64,000 bases of DNA from Raillietiella orientalis (taxonomy: Eukaryota): positions 1,240,001 through 1,304,000 of the forward strand of contig JAYWIR010000032.1 in assembly GCA_036172245.1 (NCBI GenBank), read 5' to 3'. The number at the start of each line of letters is the position of its first letter. Position 1 is the stretch's first letter. The notes beneath the pieces are model-generated. The model was not told where the DNA came from and searched no databases. It worked only from the letters and a program-made list of their open reading frames with translations. Of the stretch, positions 26,927-39,253 are shown one piece after another. A program made the position numbers and the translations under genes.

Positions 26927-29500
26927 GGGTGGACCCGGTCACTCCGGGGCATTTATAAAAAATAAACAAACACGTCTGTGGCAGGACGTTTGATCCCGCC
27001 ACGTTACTGACAACTATGAGAAGGAACCTGCCGGCATCTGGCACGCAGGCCAGCGGGGTTCGCTTCGGCAGCGCAGGGGAAGGGGAGACAATCAAAAAGG
27101 AAAAAACAAAACAGAAAGTATACAGTCAAAAAAATGGGGAGATCGAGAAGAAATCACTGTGTGCTGAAGGATGTTTTCTGCATCCTTTGCAGGATGCCGG
27201 CAGGTTTTTGTTTCAAGACTCCCAGACAGGACCATCATGACGTCCGTCGTTCTTTCCTCCTTTGGAGTTCCATGCAGCGCCAATCCCGCCTCGTGGACAG
27301 AAAAGTGCTGCTGGGGATGCGGCCGGGGTGAGGGCGTCGCGCAGGAAGAGGAGCTTTAAAAACGTCTCTGGGTAGCCCAGGGGGATCCGCAGGGTCGTGT
27401 TGAAGCGTTTCCACATAGGAAGGAGGGCAGCACAATCCATGACCAAGTGCGGAAGGGACTCTCCCTCGCCGCACCTGCCGCAGTCGGGCAGGTTTGACGA
27501 GAAAAAAGACGGGTGGCTGAGGACTTTGGTTTAGCTGCTCCTTTCCTCCTGTAGATGGGTCTGAATGCTGACGACGTTCCCGGAGACTTCTTGTGCCGAA
27601 AACGAGGCCATCTCGTAGACGTCCTCGTCGAGGCGGCTGCCACGCTAGTGGCAAGTCCTCGGCGGGATTCCCCAGGGTGGCGGAGCGCCGAAGCGAGCCT
27701 CCACCACATGTCCTCGAGGATACTGCAGTCCAACAGGAGGTGCGGGAAGGCTGCCTCCGCTACGCAGCTGGAGCAGTTCGGAGAGGCGGTTCCCCCGGAA
27801 ACCGGGCGCCTGCGCTGATTGCATTGGAATCCTCTCAGGGCGGAAAAAGCAGGACATGTGTCCACACATTGGGGGAAGGACCACGAGTTTGTCGGAAAGG
27901 TGTGGGTGGCACACCAAGCAGGCCGCGTCATCGAAGGGGTTCCTTCGCCCGGTAACGAGGAATGGCGCCGTCCACCAACCTGCTCGTCTTGCAGTCAGCC
28001 AGGAGTTTCTCGACTCCTGCAGTGGTTCAGGAGAACTCCCACCCCGTCTTTTGGCTGCTGTCATTTCTTGCCCTGGGGTCAGACGGTGCTGCAGCGAGAG
28101 TTGCGGTGGCTATCTAGGACCATTGCGTCCAATCCTGAGGGAGATCTCCCAGCAGCTTGCATGGGAGTTTCCGCAGCGGAGGCAGCTCCCCCGACGCATT
28201 TCCAGAATGGTCACCCAGGACTCCAGAACCTCCTCCCTCCAGGTGCTTCAGTTCATAGGGAAGCAGGAGATCCACGGATGGGCTAGCAGTAGGGAGGACA
28301 GATGCCTTAGGAGCTAGCCAAAGTCCAGTCATCCTGTGATCGCTGCGGCGCATCTCCGGCTCATGCTGGGATGAAACAACAGCTCCACAATTTGCCAGGG
28401 TGCCAAAAGGTGGAACCGCACTTGAGGTCCGATTTCCTGGATGGTCGGGATGCCCACTCCGGAATTCCCCGGTGCCACCGTGCGTTGCATCTGCAGCGTC
28501 CTCATGGCCCGATACCCGCTGGAGCTGCGCCAGAGACAACGATAGGCTGTCGCCTGTATCGCTAAGGTGCCTCCTGGAGAAAGCACACAGTTGGCCTTCA
28601 TCTGAAGCAGAAAGTCAGCAGCAGGGAGATCAGCAACATCGCACGAAGGATTTCAAAGCAAACCCGGTGTTCCCATCTCCACCCACCAGTTGTTTTACTT
28701 TGTTCATCCCCCCCCCCCCCATATCCTCTGAATTCTGCAGGCAATCTCTTCTTTGGCCTCGAGTCGGCGAGTCCTCCGCGGATGAACTTCTTTTTGTTTA
28801 AAATAAACTCCCCAGCAGAACCGAGTGAAAAGCCTTCTGAAGAAGGGCCGACCAGACTGTGGCAGCACCGGAAGTCGCCCGGCGGAACGCTAAGGTACTT
28901 AGAGTGCCTTTCCGTGGGAATCCTAGGGTGGATCCAGTCGCTCTGCCTGTCCCACAACGCGCCCACCGGTACGCCCATGCCCTTCGTCCTATCGACGCTC
29001 ACGGCCGCTCCTCGACAGGGCAGCTCCCCTAGCCTATCTGCGGGATGAAAGTGGATAGGCAGCAAGGGAAGCAGGTCATCCGCGCTGGCTGCCACGGACG
29101 ACATCCCAGGGAGGGACCTGGGCAGGTTGGCCAGCGTCAGCCTGTACGCCTCCAGCATCAACTTGAAGATGCTGAAGAGCATGGGGCTTGAGCTGTTTCG
29201 CTGCCTGATGCCTCTGCGTGCGGCAATGCAGTAGACGTTGGCGCTTCTTCTGGATTCTTTACAGTTTCCAAGGCTTTTGTGCCGATGGTCTGTGGCGCTT
29301 CTGGTGGGCGATGCTCGTGCAGGAAGGAGGTCGCGACGCGTCAGCGGATGTGCGATCTGCCAAACAGAGTCGTTGCTCTCCGGATAGGAAATGTCCGAGG
29401 GTACCCAACGCAGGTCGCGGTGTTCCCCCCTTGATCCGGGTGCTTCGCAGCGGGCGATGTCCACGCTACCTTGCGCTAAATCCTCCTCGTGAGTGCGCCA
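26927..29500 (-). mobile_element. L1/Tx1-type relic with RT core and zinc-binding region
   Basis: RGIRQ..SSPMLF and ASADDLL (GxRQGxPLSPxLF, YADD) in ORF 28598-29464; SGVGIPTI; SPNCSSC..FPHLLLDC in ORF 27356-27931; AGILQRM at about 27190; terminal hairpin 26927-26957. Confidence 0.82.
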
Positions 29501-30489
29501 ACCGCGGGGTCCCCAAATGCTGTCTCAAGCGCTTCTCGCTCGAACGGGCTTGGCTCGCGCAGACTCTCCGCCATCCTCCCGTGCCTCTGCTGCACTTTCC
29601 GTCAATCGCTCCACGCATATAAAATCTCCCCCGAATCCTCACCAGGTGGCGCGCGGGAAAAACGGGAAAGGCGGGAACGCTTCCACGTATGAAAAAAAGA
29701 AAAAAAGTAAAGTTTCTTCCAGCTGGCCTCTTGGGGTCCGATGCGGAGACACGAGCAATGGGAAAAAAGCAAAAGAAAAATAAACAAAAGAGTTATTAAA
29801 AGAAAAAGTGGGCAGGTGGGTGGGTGGGAAGGGATTACGGTATGTCCCGCGACGCTCCGTTTATCCCCTGGAAAATGCTGGCAAGTTGATGTTTCTCGTT
29901 TCCCAGATCGCCCGCTAGCTGGAGATCTCCCCCCCCCCCCCTTCAAAAGGGTTTCGACCGATGGATTGCACATCTGTAGTGTCGGCCTCTTTTCTGCGCG
30001 TTCCATGCCGCCGCCACCCCCCGCATGCAGCAAGCGGTTGCCACGCACGCGGCTCGTAGCAGCGCTTCACTCGCGAACAGGCTCTTTGGTAAGTCTCTGC
30101 AATCGCCCCCGGGGATCTGGAGGGCCGTCGCGAAACGTCCCCACAGAGGCAGCGGGAAACACGGTCAAGGAGCAGGTGAGGGAGAGCCTTGCTTTCCCCG
30201 CACCTATCGCCCTACGCACTCTCACTCCCCAGGGTCCAGTCGTCTGGACTTAAGGAACTTTCCCTTTATTTTTTGCGTACGTGATAGACCCAAGCGTTCT
30301 ACCAGAAATGTAGATTGATCATTTTTTATAACGAATGTCTCTGCAAATGCGGGTGCAAAACCAAATCTTCCCGAGGAAACCTGCTGACTGACCCCAATCC
30401 ATTCGCCTCTCCGAGTCCAGAAGTGCAGGATCCATCCCGCAGCGCGCCGCGTCCGGCTGTGAAAAAGCGGGCTCCGGGAACCGCCACCT

Positions 30490-33400
30490 GATTTGTCACC
30501 CGGAACTTCCTGGGCATTTATTATAAAAGAAATTAGAATGAGAATTGTGAACACCTGGTAGAACACTTCTGCTACACGCAAAGCACTTGCCAACACCGGT
30601 GCGCAGACCGGTGAGATCCGCTCCAGCGGCGGAGGACGGAGAACCATTCGAAAAAGCAAACAAAAAAGAGGAAAAAAAGGGGAGGATAGGCGCTTCTTGG
30701 GGATGAGAGGGCCTGGAGGAAATTACTGTTCACCGTGAGACGTCTTCTGCATCCGGTTCAGGATGCCGACAAGTTATGCATTCTTTGCTTGCTGTTGTGG
30801 GCCATCGGGAAGCGGTGTTCAAGAAGATTCCCGTCCAATGGATAGCACCTCTGCTATGTTGGCCTTTTATTCTGGCGTTCCAGCTTGCCACGATTCCGCG
30901 TACACAGCAGAGAACTGCTAGAGATGCAGCTGGCGGCAGGGCGTCACTCATGAAGAGTCGCCTGCCAGGCTTTTTAGGATGAAGGAGAGTCGATCCCAAA
31001 GGGTTCACAGACCGGCACAGTCTATTAAGAAGTGCGGGAAGATCCCCTTCTTTCCGCAACTTTCGCAATTGGCATGCACATACTCCTGTGTCCAATGATG
31101 GAGGCGTGCTCTGCATAGGATTCCCCAATGCAACAACAGCAACACCACCTCTTGCCACTTCAGGGGGAGGGTGCCACTGTGCCAAACCGCGGGGGGCACT
31201 TTACCTCCTCCTCCAGATGTATCGTAAGCAGCTCATTCCAGCGTACAAGTCCTTTTGGCGAGACACTCGGGATCGCAGCGTCCACTAGCAGCTAAGTTGT
31301 CCACGAGCTTAAAAGTTTTTTCCTTCCTCCGATAAGGCAGGATACTTCCCATCTTCCCGGAAGGTCGCTGTTCCAGGCATGTCCCAGAGAGGGCAGCACT
31401 GGGGCAAGGGGGGTGAATGAGGCCCACAGCAGTTTGCGTGGGTTGCATGCGATCTCGCACAGGGGCTGTCGAGCATAACTCCCGTCCCGGAGGCAGGTGT
31501 ATTCCGCCTCCCTCGAGCCGTTGATTTTTCCCCATGCGAAAACTGACTCCTGAAGCCAGGCAGTGCAGTTCTCGGGGAGGCATGAGATCCAGGTGTTGTC
31601 CTGAACCAGGACAATCCATCCGGTGCAGCTGATGGCTACAATGCCTCAGGCTGCGGCAGTAAGCCACAAGGATGGAGGTCAATCCTACGCAGCCAGTGGC
31701 TATGCTGGCGAGGAGGCATGTGGGTGCACTCCAAGGCGTTGTCCAGAGCTTCACCACAAGGGCGAGTCTTCTGAATTGGAGCTGACGCTCCATCCTCTCC
31801 AGTGTATGGAGGCCCAGTCCGCCATCCTTACGCGGAGCACACGTCTTTGAGTCGGACTCTGGACCTTCCTGTGCTCCACAGGATTTTCCTCAGGAGATCC
31901 TCGGTTCTCTTCCTGATGTTCGGTGAGACGGGGCAAACAAAAAGTAGGGGCAAAGGAGGGGGGGCGCAAACGCGTTCCACACCGCGGCCCGTTCCTGCAA
32001 GTAAAACTTGCCATTCTGGAACGGACCGAGCGCCATCTCCACTTTTTGGAGGCGGACGGACCAGACTTCTGCTACGCAGAAGCCCCCCAAAGGAACGACA
32101 AGGTAATTAAGGACCTGCCCGTGGGGGTCCCCAAGCGGATCCAGTCCGGCCGTTCGGCTCACGCCACACCAACTAGATCTATTGACGACTTAGCTCGACC
32201 GGGATGGATTCGATGGGAACCAGAAGGTGTCCCTGGATCACTCAGGTGTAGGAGTGGTGGCAGGTAGGAGACGCTTGATTGCACCACTTTGTCCAGGAAC
32301 GGCTTCGGGTCAGGGAGCTAAGGTCAACTGTCCCTCTTCCTGACCTTCAGAATGCGGGGACGCGCATTCACAGGATTTCACCGCGTTCTCCTGTTTGAGT
32401 TCACAGTGCGGCGGCGGACTCCCAGCCTTCGCTGCCGATCACCGGGGAACGGTCGCGCCAACCTCGACCTCGAGAAGACGGCGGAGTTCTTCTGGGGATT
32501 CCGCATGCGGCAAGCATCATCCACACTCCTGCGGTCTCGCATGCACCTCCTCCGTCTCTGCTTGGGTCCCACAGGAGACTCGCGCCTCCGCAGCAGGATC
32601 CAGAGCATGAGAGCGCAGCCCAGCCTCTTTCCGAGAGTAGCCGATGGTTTTGCCTCCGTGACAGAGCACCCAGAAGTCTCTGGAGAACCGGAAGACCCAG
32701 GTGGTGCGTGGATCGAGGCGCAGTGCTGGAGACAATGGTGAGAGCTAGCGGTTCTGGAACTGAGGGTCAAAAGTCCGGGGAGCGAGCGTGACCTCCGGTC
32801 ATGCACGATCGAACAACTCATGCGAGGAAAGCGCTGGGAAAGGTGGCACGCTACATGTGTGACCGATGGGAACTTGTTTTGCACCCGCCCTCCTCTTCGA
32901 CACGTGCACGTACAGGGGCGCGCGAGTTGGAACCTGCCCGCCTCCAGCCTCGCAGCGTTTTGCCTCAAAGCCCACCTCGAGGCTTTCAGTAGCTCACCGC
33001 GTATTCTTAGACTACCCTGTTGGCCGCCGTGCAGATCGCGGGCGCCGACGTCACATGATAAAAGAATGACAGGAGAGGAGGACTGCAGAGTGAGAAAACT
33101 TCGGGGCACTATCCGGTAGGGAATGAGGGACCATAAATGGAGAAAAATAATTAACTTGAGGGAGGGAGGGAGGAGTTACTAACGTGCGGCGCTTTGCCCT
33201 CTGATGTGTTGTACAATCTGAACAGCGTCCACGGTCATTTGTGGATCTAGGAGTGACCACAGAGCATCCCTACGGGATAAGAGTGTCAGCCTGATAGGTG
33301 GCATGCCAGGACCAGTCTGCCCAAGATGACGCCGTGAAGTGCAGCAGGGAATCATCGCGGAGGCAGGGAAGCAGCTGACCTGGAAAAATCTTTTCAAACA

Positions 33401-34130
33401 GACCATCCGGGATGTCCTCCTGGTAGGAGAGGTTTCCCTCCCCGCCGAAGACCTGTGCATTCTGAGAGCACGTGGGGAGAAGTTCCACACCGGCTGCACT
33501 GTGGGGACACTGCACCTCGCAGAGCATGAAATTTATGTGGGTTGTTTTGGAGACCCCAGCGCAGCAATAAGAGGCCACATCATGACGCGACCTCGGGGGG
33601 GAACTCCGAATTGAGGCACAGGGGGGACATAAGCCTATTGGAGTCAAGTCCCAACAGATGCTCTCTCAACGTTCGAGTCCTCTCACGCGCCAATCTGCCG
33701 GTTGCCCATTTCCTGATGCATGACAAATGATCTGTGGTGCAGACGACCTCTCATTTGGACGCTTGTGCGCCATTCTTCCTGTAACGGAAGATGCGAAGCA
33801 AGACGGTCGGAGATGTGGCACAGGCACGAGTCCATTTTCTGATGTCCTCCATGATATTCTCTCTAGGAGGGCTAGGAAGCTTCAGTTGTCCGGGGCAACG
33901 CTCTCCAGGCGGACTCACTGATCGGTTCCCGAGTCGTGTGACATGGAGTGGAGCAGCCTTGACACCGGACTGCGTGCGAATCCGTGATAAAACTTCTTCC
34001 GACGCTCGACTGCTCCCCATCGGCTGCATGACGTCAGACTGGAAGCTGCGTGGATGCCTGGGACCGTGTTCTCCGCACGAGCTGAGCTTCCCTGCAAGGA
34101 GCATCTTCCGAGGAGAGCTTTGAACGTCTA
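30490..34130 (-). mobile_element. Longer L1/Tx1-type relic (endonuclease-like end, linker, partial RT, zinc finger, 3' UTR), interrupted by an unassigned + strand segment about 33270-33610
   Basis: ANCESC..IFPHFLIDC (about 31020-31080); KLWTTPWSAP matches NLWSTPWCAP of the 24742 ORF; DL..FLDKV (about 32290-32325); terminal hairpin 30490-30522. The endonuclease assignment of 33750-34130 is weak. Confidence 0.72.
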
Positions 34131-35550
34131 GACTCCAGGTAAAGCACTTTAGGAAGTTGACGAAAGCCGGCGTGTGTTGTTTGCTGTATTTTTTTTCCCC
34201 CTCGCTCGACGGAATGTCGCTTGCTGTTTCCATTTCGAGTCCGTGGCGTGCAATTGCAGCCAGAGGCACTTTCCGGAGTGCCTCTGGGAGGCAATGACGG
34301 GAGTCTTGGAGCTCACGGAACGTATCAGCTCGAACCGAATGCATCCTTGAATCAAACTTGCTTGCAAACCATCAGGGCTGCGAAACAAAACGCTCTCCTC
34401 GAAAGATTCGCAACCGTTCCTTTTGTTTGTTTGTTTTCTAAGGAACACAAAAAAAAAAGAAATTCTATTCCGTGTTTTCCTTGTATCGCCCGGCATGCAC
34501 GATGAATGTCAAAAGAAGGAACTGAAGTTCTGACTTTATCCCAATGCAGCTTCACTCGTAAATTCACTTTCGTCCCCAGCTCCCATTAAAGAATTCGAAT
34601 GCCTCTCTTTCAACGTCTATCGCTATCGATTTTTTGCACGCTGTTAGAAGGTTTGGGCTTTTATGGCGAAGTCTTCATTTGAAAATCTGTGGAGGCTCTG
34701 CCACGCTTTTGTAATCTCCTCCTTGCATGCCCGGATGGATCGAGGAGTTTTGCTCCCGGTCAAGCAAACAGCAGTAGGGAGAGGTGTTCAAACCATTTTG
34801 CTCACCATTCACGTGTTGAACCCATGGCATCCGACGCCTCGAACATCATAACTGCTACGTGGACACACACACACAAAAAAAAACCTTCGTAAGATGACCC
34901 ACAAAATTTGAAATCAGTGACAGACACACTGTGGCACACCAATTGTGCCACAGTGTACGCTGGAACTCGGAGAGAACTAGCAGCATTATGGTGGATGTCC
35001 TCAACACACAACATAATCTTTTAGGGGTCAGGAATCACCCTTGGCCAATCTGCCATCCTTTCCTTTCCATAAATGAGAGCATGAGAGCACATCTTTTGGT
35101 AAAGCAGAAACTGTGGAGCAAGTTTTTTTTTTTTTTCTCATTGGAATAACAAAATTTTGGTGAACCGATTTCGCTACTGCTAATGAAAAAATTGAAATTG
35201 TCTAATCTTTGATTAGACACATCGGTCAATTTTTTCTGCTGGCCTCTAAGGCAAGCACCCAGCACATTATGATGCCAGGCTTGTTCATAAAACAAACAAA
35301 AGAAAAACGTTTCTGTTACAAACTGATTGGGCAAGAAATAAACACGTTTTTAATGTTTCTAGTCAAATGAAATTACCTACAACAAATTTATTCAAATTAT
35401 CATGCAACAAGGAATTTTATCACATTTTTGTTTTGAAATTCAATAACACAAACAAAATGTTAATAAATAAAATGTTCACATTTATTATATTCTTGTTGTT
35501 TCAATTGGACTAAGTCTTCCTGAGAACTGGCAGCTTCTATTGGCAGTGTA

Positions 35551-38500
35551 CTAGTCACAATTCTGGCAGAAATTCAGCTGTTTCCCCCGAGTATTGTAAC
35601 AGCGAAAGGGTATACAAGTGTGTTTGCGAGGTGTTCTTGCAGCTCGTTTTACCACTGTATCTTCAACCTCATCTTCCAAAGGTCCCTCCATTCTATATAT
35701 CAAAAGCGTGCACTTGCGTTTATCTTTTACTTTGATAGCAACAACATCAAGATCCATTGTCAGGGTTATGTCTGACATCTCAATGGAGGCTTCCACTAAC
35801 TGATGGAGATCAAATGTACGGAACAAGTTATACTGTTTGCTATACACAAACAGTTTATCCACAAGGACTTCATCGTGGCTATTTTCACTTTCTGTAGCTG
35901 TCACAATGCCTAAGAGATCAAGTTCATCTTCAAAATCATATGTAAGATCATTGACATCATCAAAAAACAACTGTTCCATGGCACCTGATACGGTCAATCG
36001 ACGACCATACAGTGAGACTCCAGGATGACATACCACGGAATTGGAACACGGTCTATTGATGAGAAAACGGAATGTTTCTTTCAATGATGGGACCGCATCT
36101 GCATGCTGGATTTCCCAGAAACGCAGACTATTGGATGACTGTTGAATAAGACTAGCAGATTCCAGAGGATGGAAACCAACAAAATCTGGTTCTAAAGCTC
36201 GCTTGTCACTCTCCAGCTCCCCTACTACATCTAACTCCGCACTTAACTTGCAGATCTACAATAAAAGCCTATAAGCTACTCACCAGTCCAACGAAAGCAT
36301 TCAAATATATATAGATATCTTTATAAATTTTTATAAATTTTTCTTTCCTTTGAAAGTCAGATGAAAAGTAGCCAAACAGATACTGTGCCAAATGAAAAAG
36401 ATCAAAAGTCGCCTGTTTTGAATTATCTCACATATGCGTACTTGGCAAAACGGATTTCAGAAATGTGGAAATGCTTATTATTAACTGAAAAAGGGGACTA
36501 CTGCAAACTGACAAATATGAAGGACCAAGAAATGCTTTCAAGAATAAACAGCAAAAATGTATGACTTGACCTACAAAACTGTATGCTATGAAGATCATGC
36601 TTTCCAACAAAATTAGAAATGAAACGGCTTCAGTATAACATGATATGTTTCCAATCATCAGCCACACAGATATACTAAAAGACTACATAAACATTTCACC
36701 AGAAATACTTTAAAATCATTTCGCAAAAGTAAACACCTGAATGGAAAAATGCGGAATGGAAATCTGCTGAACTTACATTCTCACAATTTCCTCAAAACAT
36801 GTCTGTCTGCTGAATTTTACTTTGTTTTTGTTTTTTATTTTTGACTGATTAATTATTCTTTATTATATTTTCCTTTCTTTTCATTTCGATCTTACCTTTT
36901 TGTTCTCCATTCAAGTTTTAAAATGCATTAGAATTCTGGTCTATACTTTTTGAACTGATGCACAAAAACATCAGTGTGATTACATACGTTAAGCAAATGT
37001 GGGAAATATTTAGAAAAATATTGGCAAATAATTTTTGAACATCTTTCTGTTCTGGAAATAGTTAGCGGAACCAAGAATATGTAAGAGAAAAGCATTAAAT
37101 CAAAACAGATAAATATCATATAAAGAGCATAATAATTGTAAAACTGTTGATAAAAAAAAAAAAAACACTGCGCACAGCCAATTTCACTTGGCTCAAGGAA
37201 AAACTAGCCATTGTGGGATTAATTCTGAAGAATAAAACTGAATTTATAAAAATAAAGACATGATGAAAATCAACAGTAAATGATGTCATTTGAGAAGATT
37301 CAATTTCAAGAGCAGTTTCCAATATGCTCCAGTGTACTTTCCAAAGTAATATAAGAATAAGAATGCTCTGCAATGCTTATGTACATGAACAAAAGCAAAC
37401 TAATACACACTTGCAGCATCAGAAGGAAGATGAAAGGACACCCTTAAACTATCACAATTTTTGTTAACAACTAAATTCAGCAAAATCTGGTAAAAGCAAA
37501 AGTTTACACAAGTGAAGACAAGCATTTTTCCTGTTTGAGTGTAGAACTGTGTACAAAAACAGATGAGAAGGAAGGAAAAAATTGCATTTTGGGGAAACAA
37601 AAATAGTTTAATTGTTACACTGCTGTATACTAAACATAGAACCATGAATACAAAAAGGTATAAGATTGTTGCCCAGATATCAAACATTTAACGTATGTAG
37701 TTTCTAGATATTTTGAGGTATGTGCAATTCCACAAAAGTATGTAAAAAAAACATTTTTCACTAACCTTGTAACACTTAGGATTGGGAGAGAAAATACAGA
37801 ACCAAGGTGAACCACCTATGCTCAGTTCATGCGCATGACTCCGAATCTCAAATAAGCAAGGTGGAGCCTGCTTTAAAGTTACATTATTTGGAATTCCAAA
37901 AGGTGCTTGACCCACAATAAAGTTTCCTTGTTCATTTTTAATTCTAAAGCACAGAATTTGCCAATTTACAACATAAGTCACTCACTTATCCCCTAGCAAA
38001 TACACATTGTTCACTTGATCCACCACTGCTTGCAAGCTATATAAGCGAATAATGCACCCTTCACAATAAACTAGTAATAGATTCTGGCTTACATGAACAT
38101 TGGAAATCTTGCGACCAAATACTGATCTCCGTACCTAGGAAATGAATCAGCATCAATATGAATTTGCATACTTACCAGAAACGAGGCAACAAACTCTAGG
38201 GGTAAGTAATCAAATAATATTAACCTAACTGCCACATCACCATTTATGTTGGGCATCTCTTGTGCACCTTGAAACTACAAAGCATATATGAGACTCAATC
38301 ACATACAAAGCATATGGTAGTAAACCATAATAGCATAGTATTAGGGGAAAAAATAAAATAGAATTGCATACCTGTTTTTTTGCTGACTTTACTACTAGTC
38401 GTCCAGACTCAAAATCACTAATAACTTCAACAAATTTCCATTTAGAAGACAAATATACAGTAGACAACAACTCTCCATTCTCGAGATCATATTGGTAAAG

Positions 38501-39253
38501 ACTGGATTCTTTACCTTCAAGTGAAGTACTTGTTCTTAATGCAAACACACTTGGTCTATAATCTACAAAAACTGAATAAGTGATCACAAACTGAACAACT
38601 GAACCTTTTCTCTCTTGTATATGCAATGTATGTACTGGCCCATTGAACAAAACACAGTCTTCCACTTTGGGTCGAACACGATATGCATATAGCTTTGGTA
38701 TATCCTTATCACAGCCATAGACAGAGTAGCAGTTAACTGAATGAAATGATTGAAAATAATCCTGAATTGAATGGAGGCATTTTCAGTAATATCAGAACAA
38801 TATAAAGTAACCCCAAATCTGCTATACCAAATTATTGGAACATGGACACTATAGCAATAACAGAAAAGCATTATGCTGATCATTTCTTACAATTATGCAG
38901 TACGTTCTGCACAATCCGACAGATGCACTAGTATTTATTAACAAACTATATGATAGAAAATGCACTACACTTCATTAGTGTACATCATGCTGAAAATCAG
39001 GTAAAAAACAATCACCTCTTTGCGCAGAAACATCCTGAATAAAGATCTTTCCACAGTTATAGTTGATATAATTGCTTGAAGGTGATTCAATTTTTTTTCT
39101 CAGAACCAATTTTCTTTCAGGGCAGCGGTAAAGATACTTTAGCAATCTGAATGAATGCTTATGCACAGGTTTTATTCCTAACTCTCTGAAGAAAACTTCT
39201 TTAACAAAACATTGATTTTCTTCTGTTTTCAGCTTTGCTAAATCGATTTTCAT
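35551..39253 (-). CDS. DCAF17: DDB1- and CUL4-associated factor 17, about 563 aa
   Basis: Exons 39253-39016, 38736-38605, 38562-38372, 38274-38176, 38134-37986, 37943-37766, 36255-35551; GT-AG, total 1692 nt in frame. RELG, VYLSSKWKF, LPLEF, VGQAPFGIP.NV.L..APPCLF, IGGSPW, DFEDELDLL resemble DCAF17. Confidence 0.88.
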
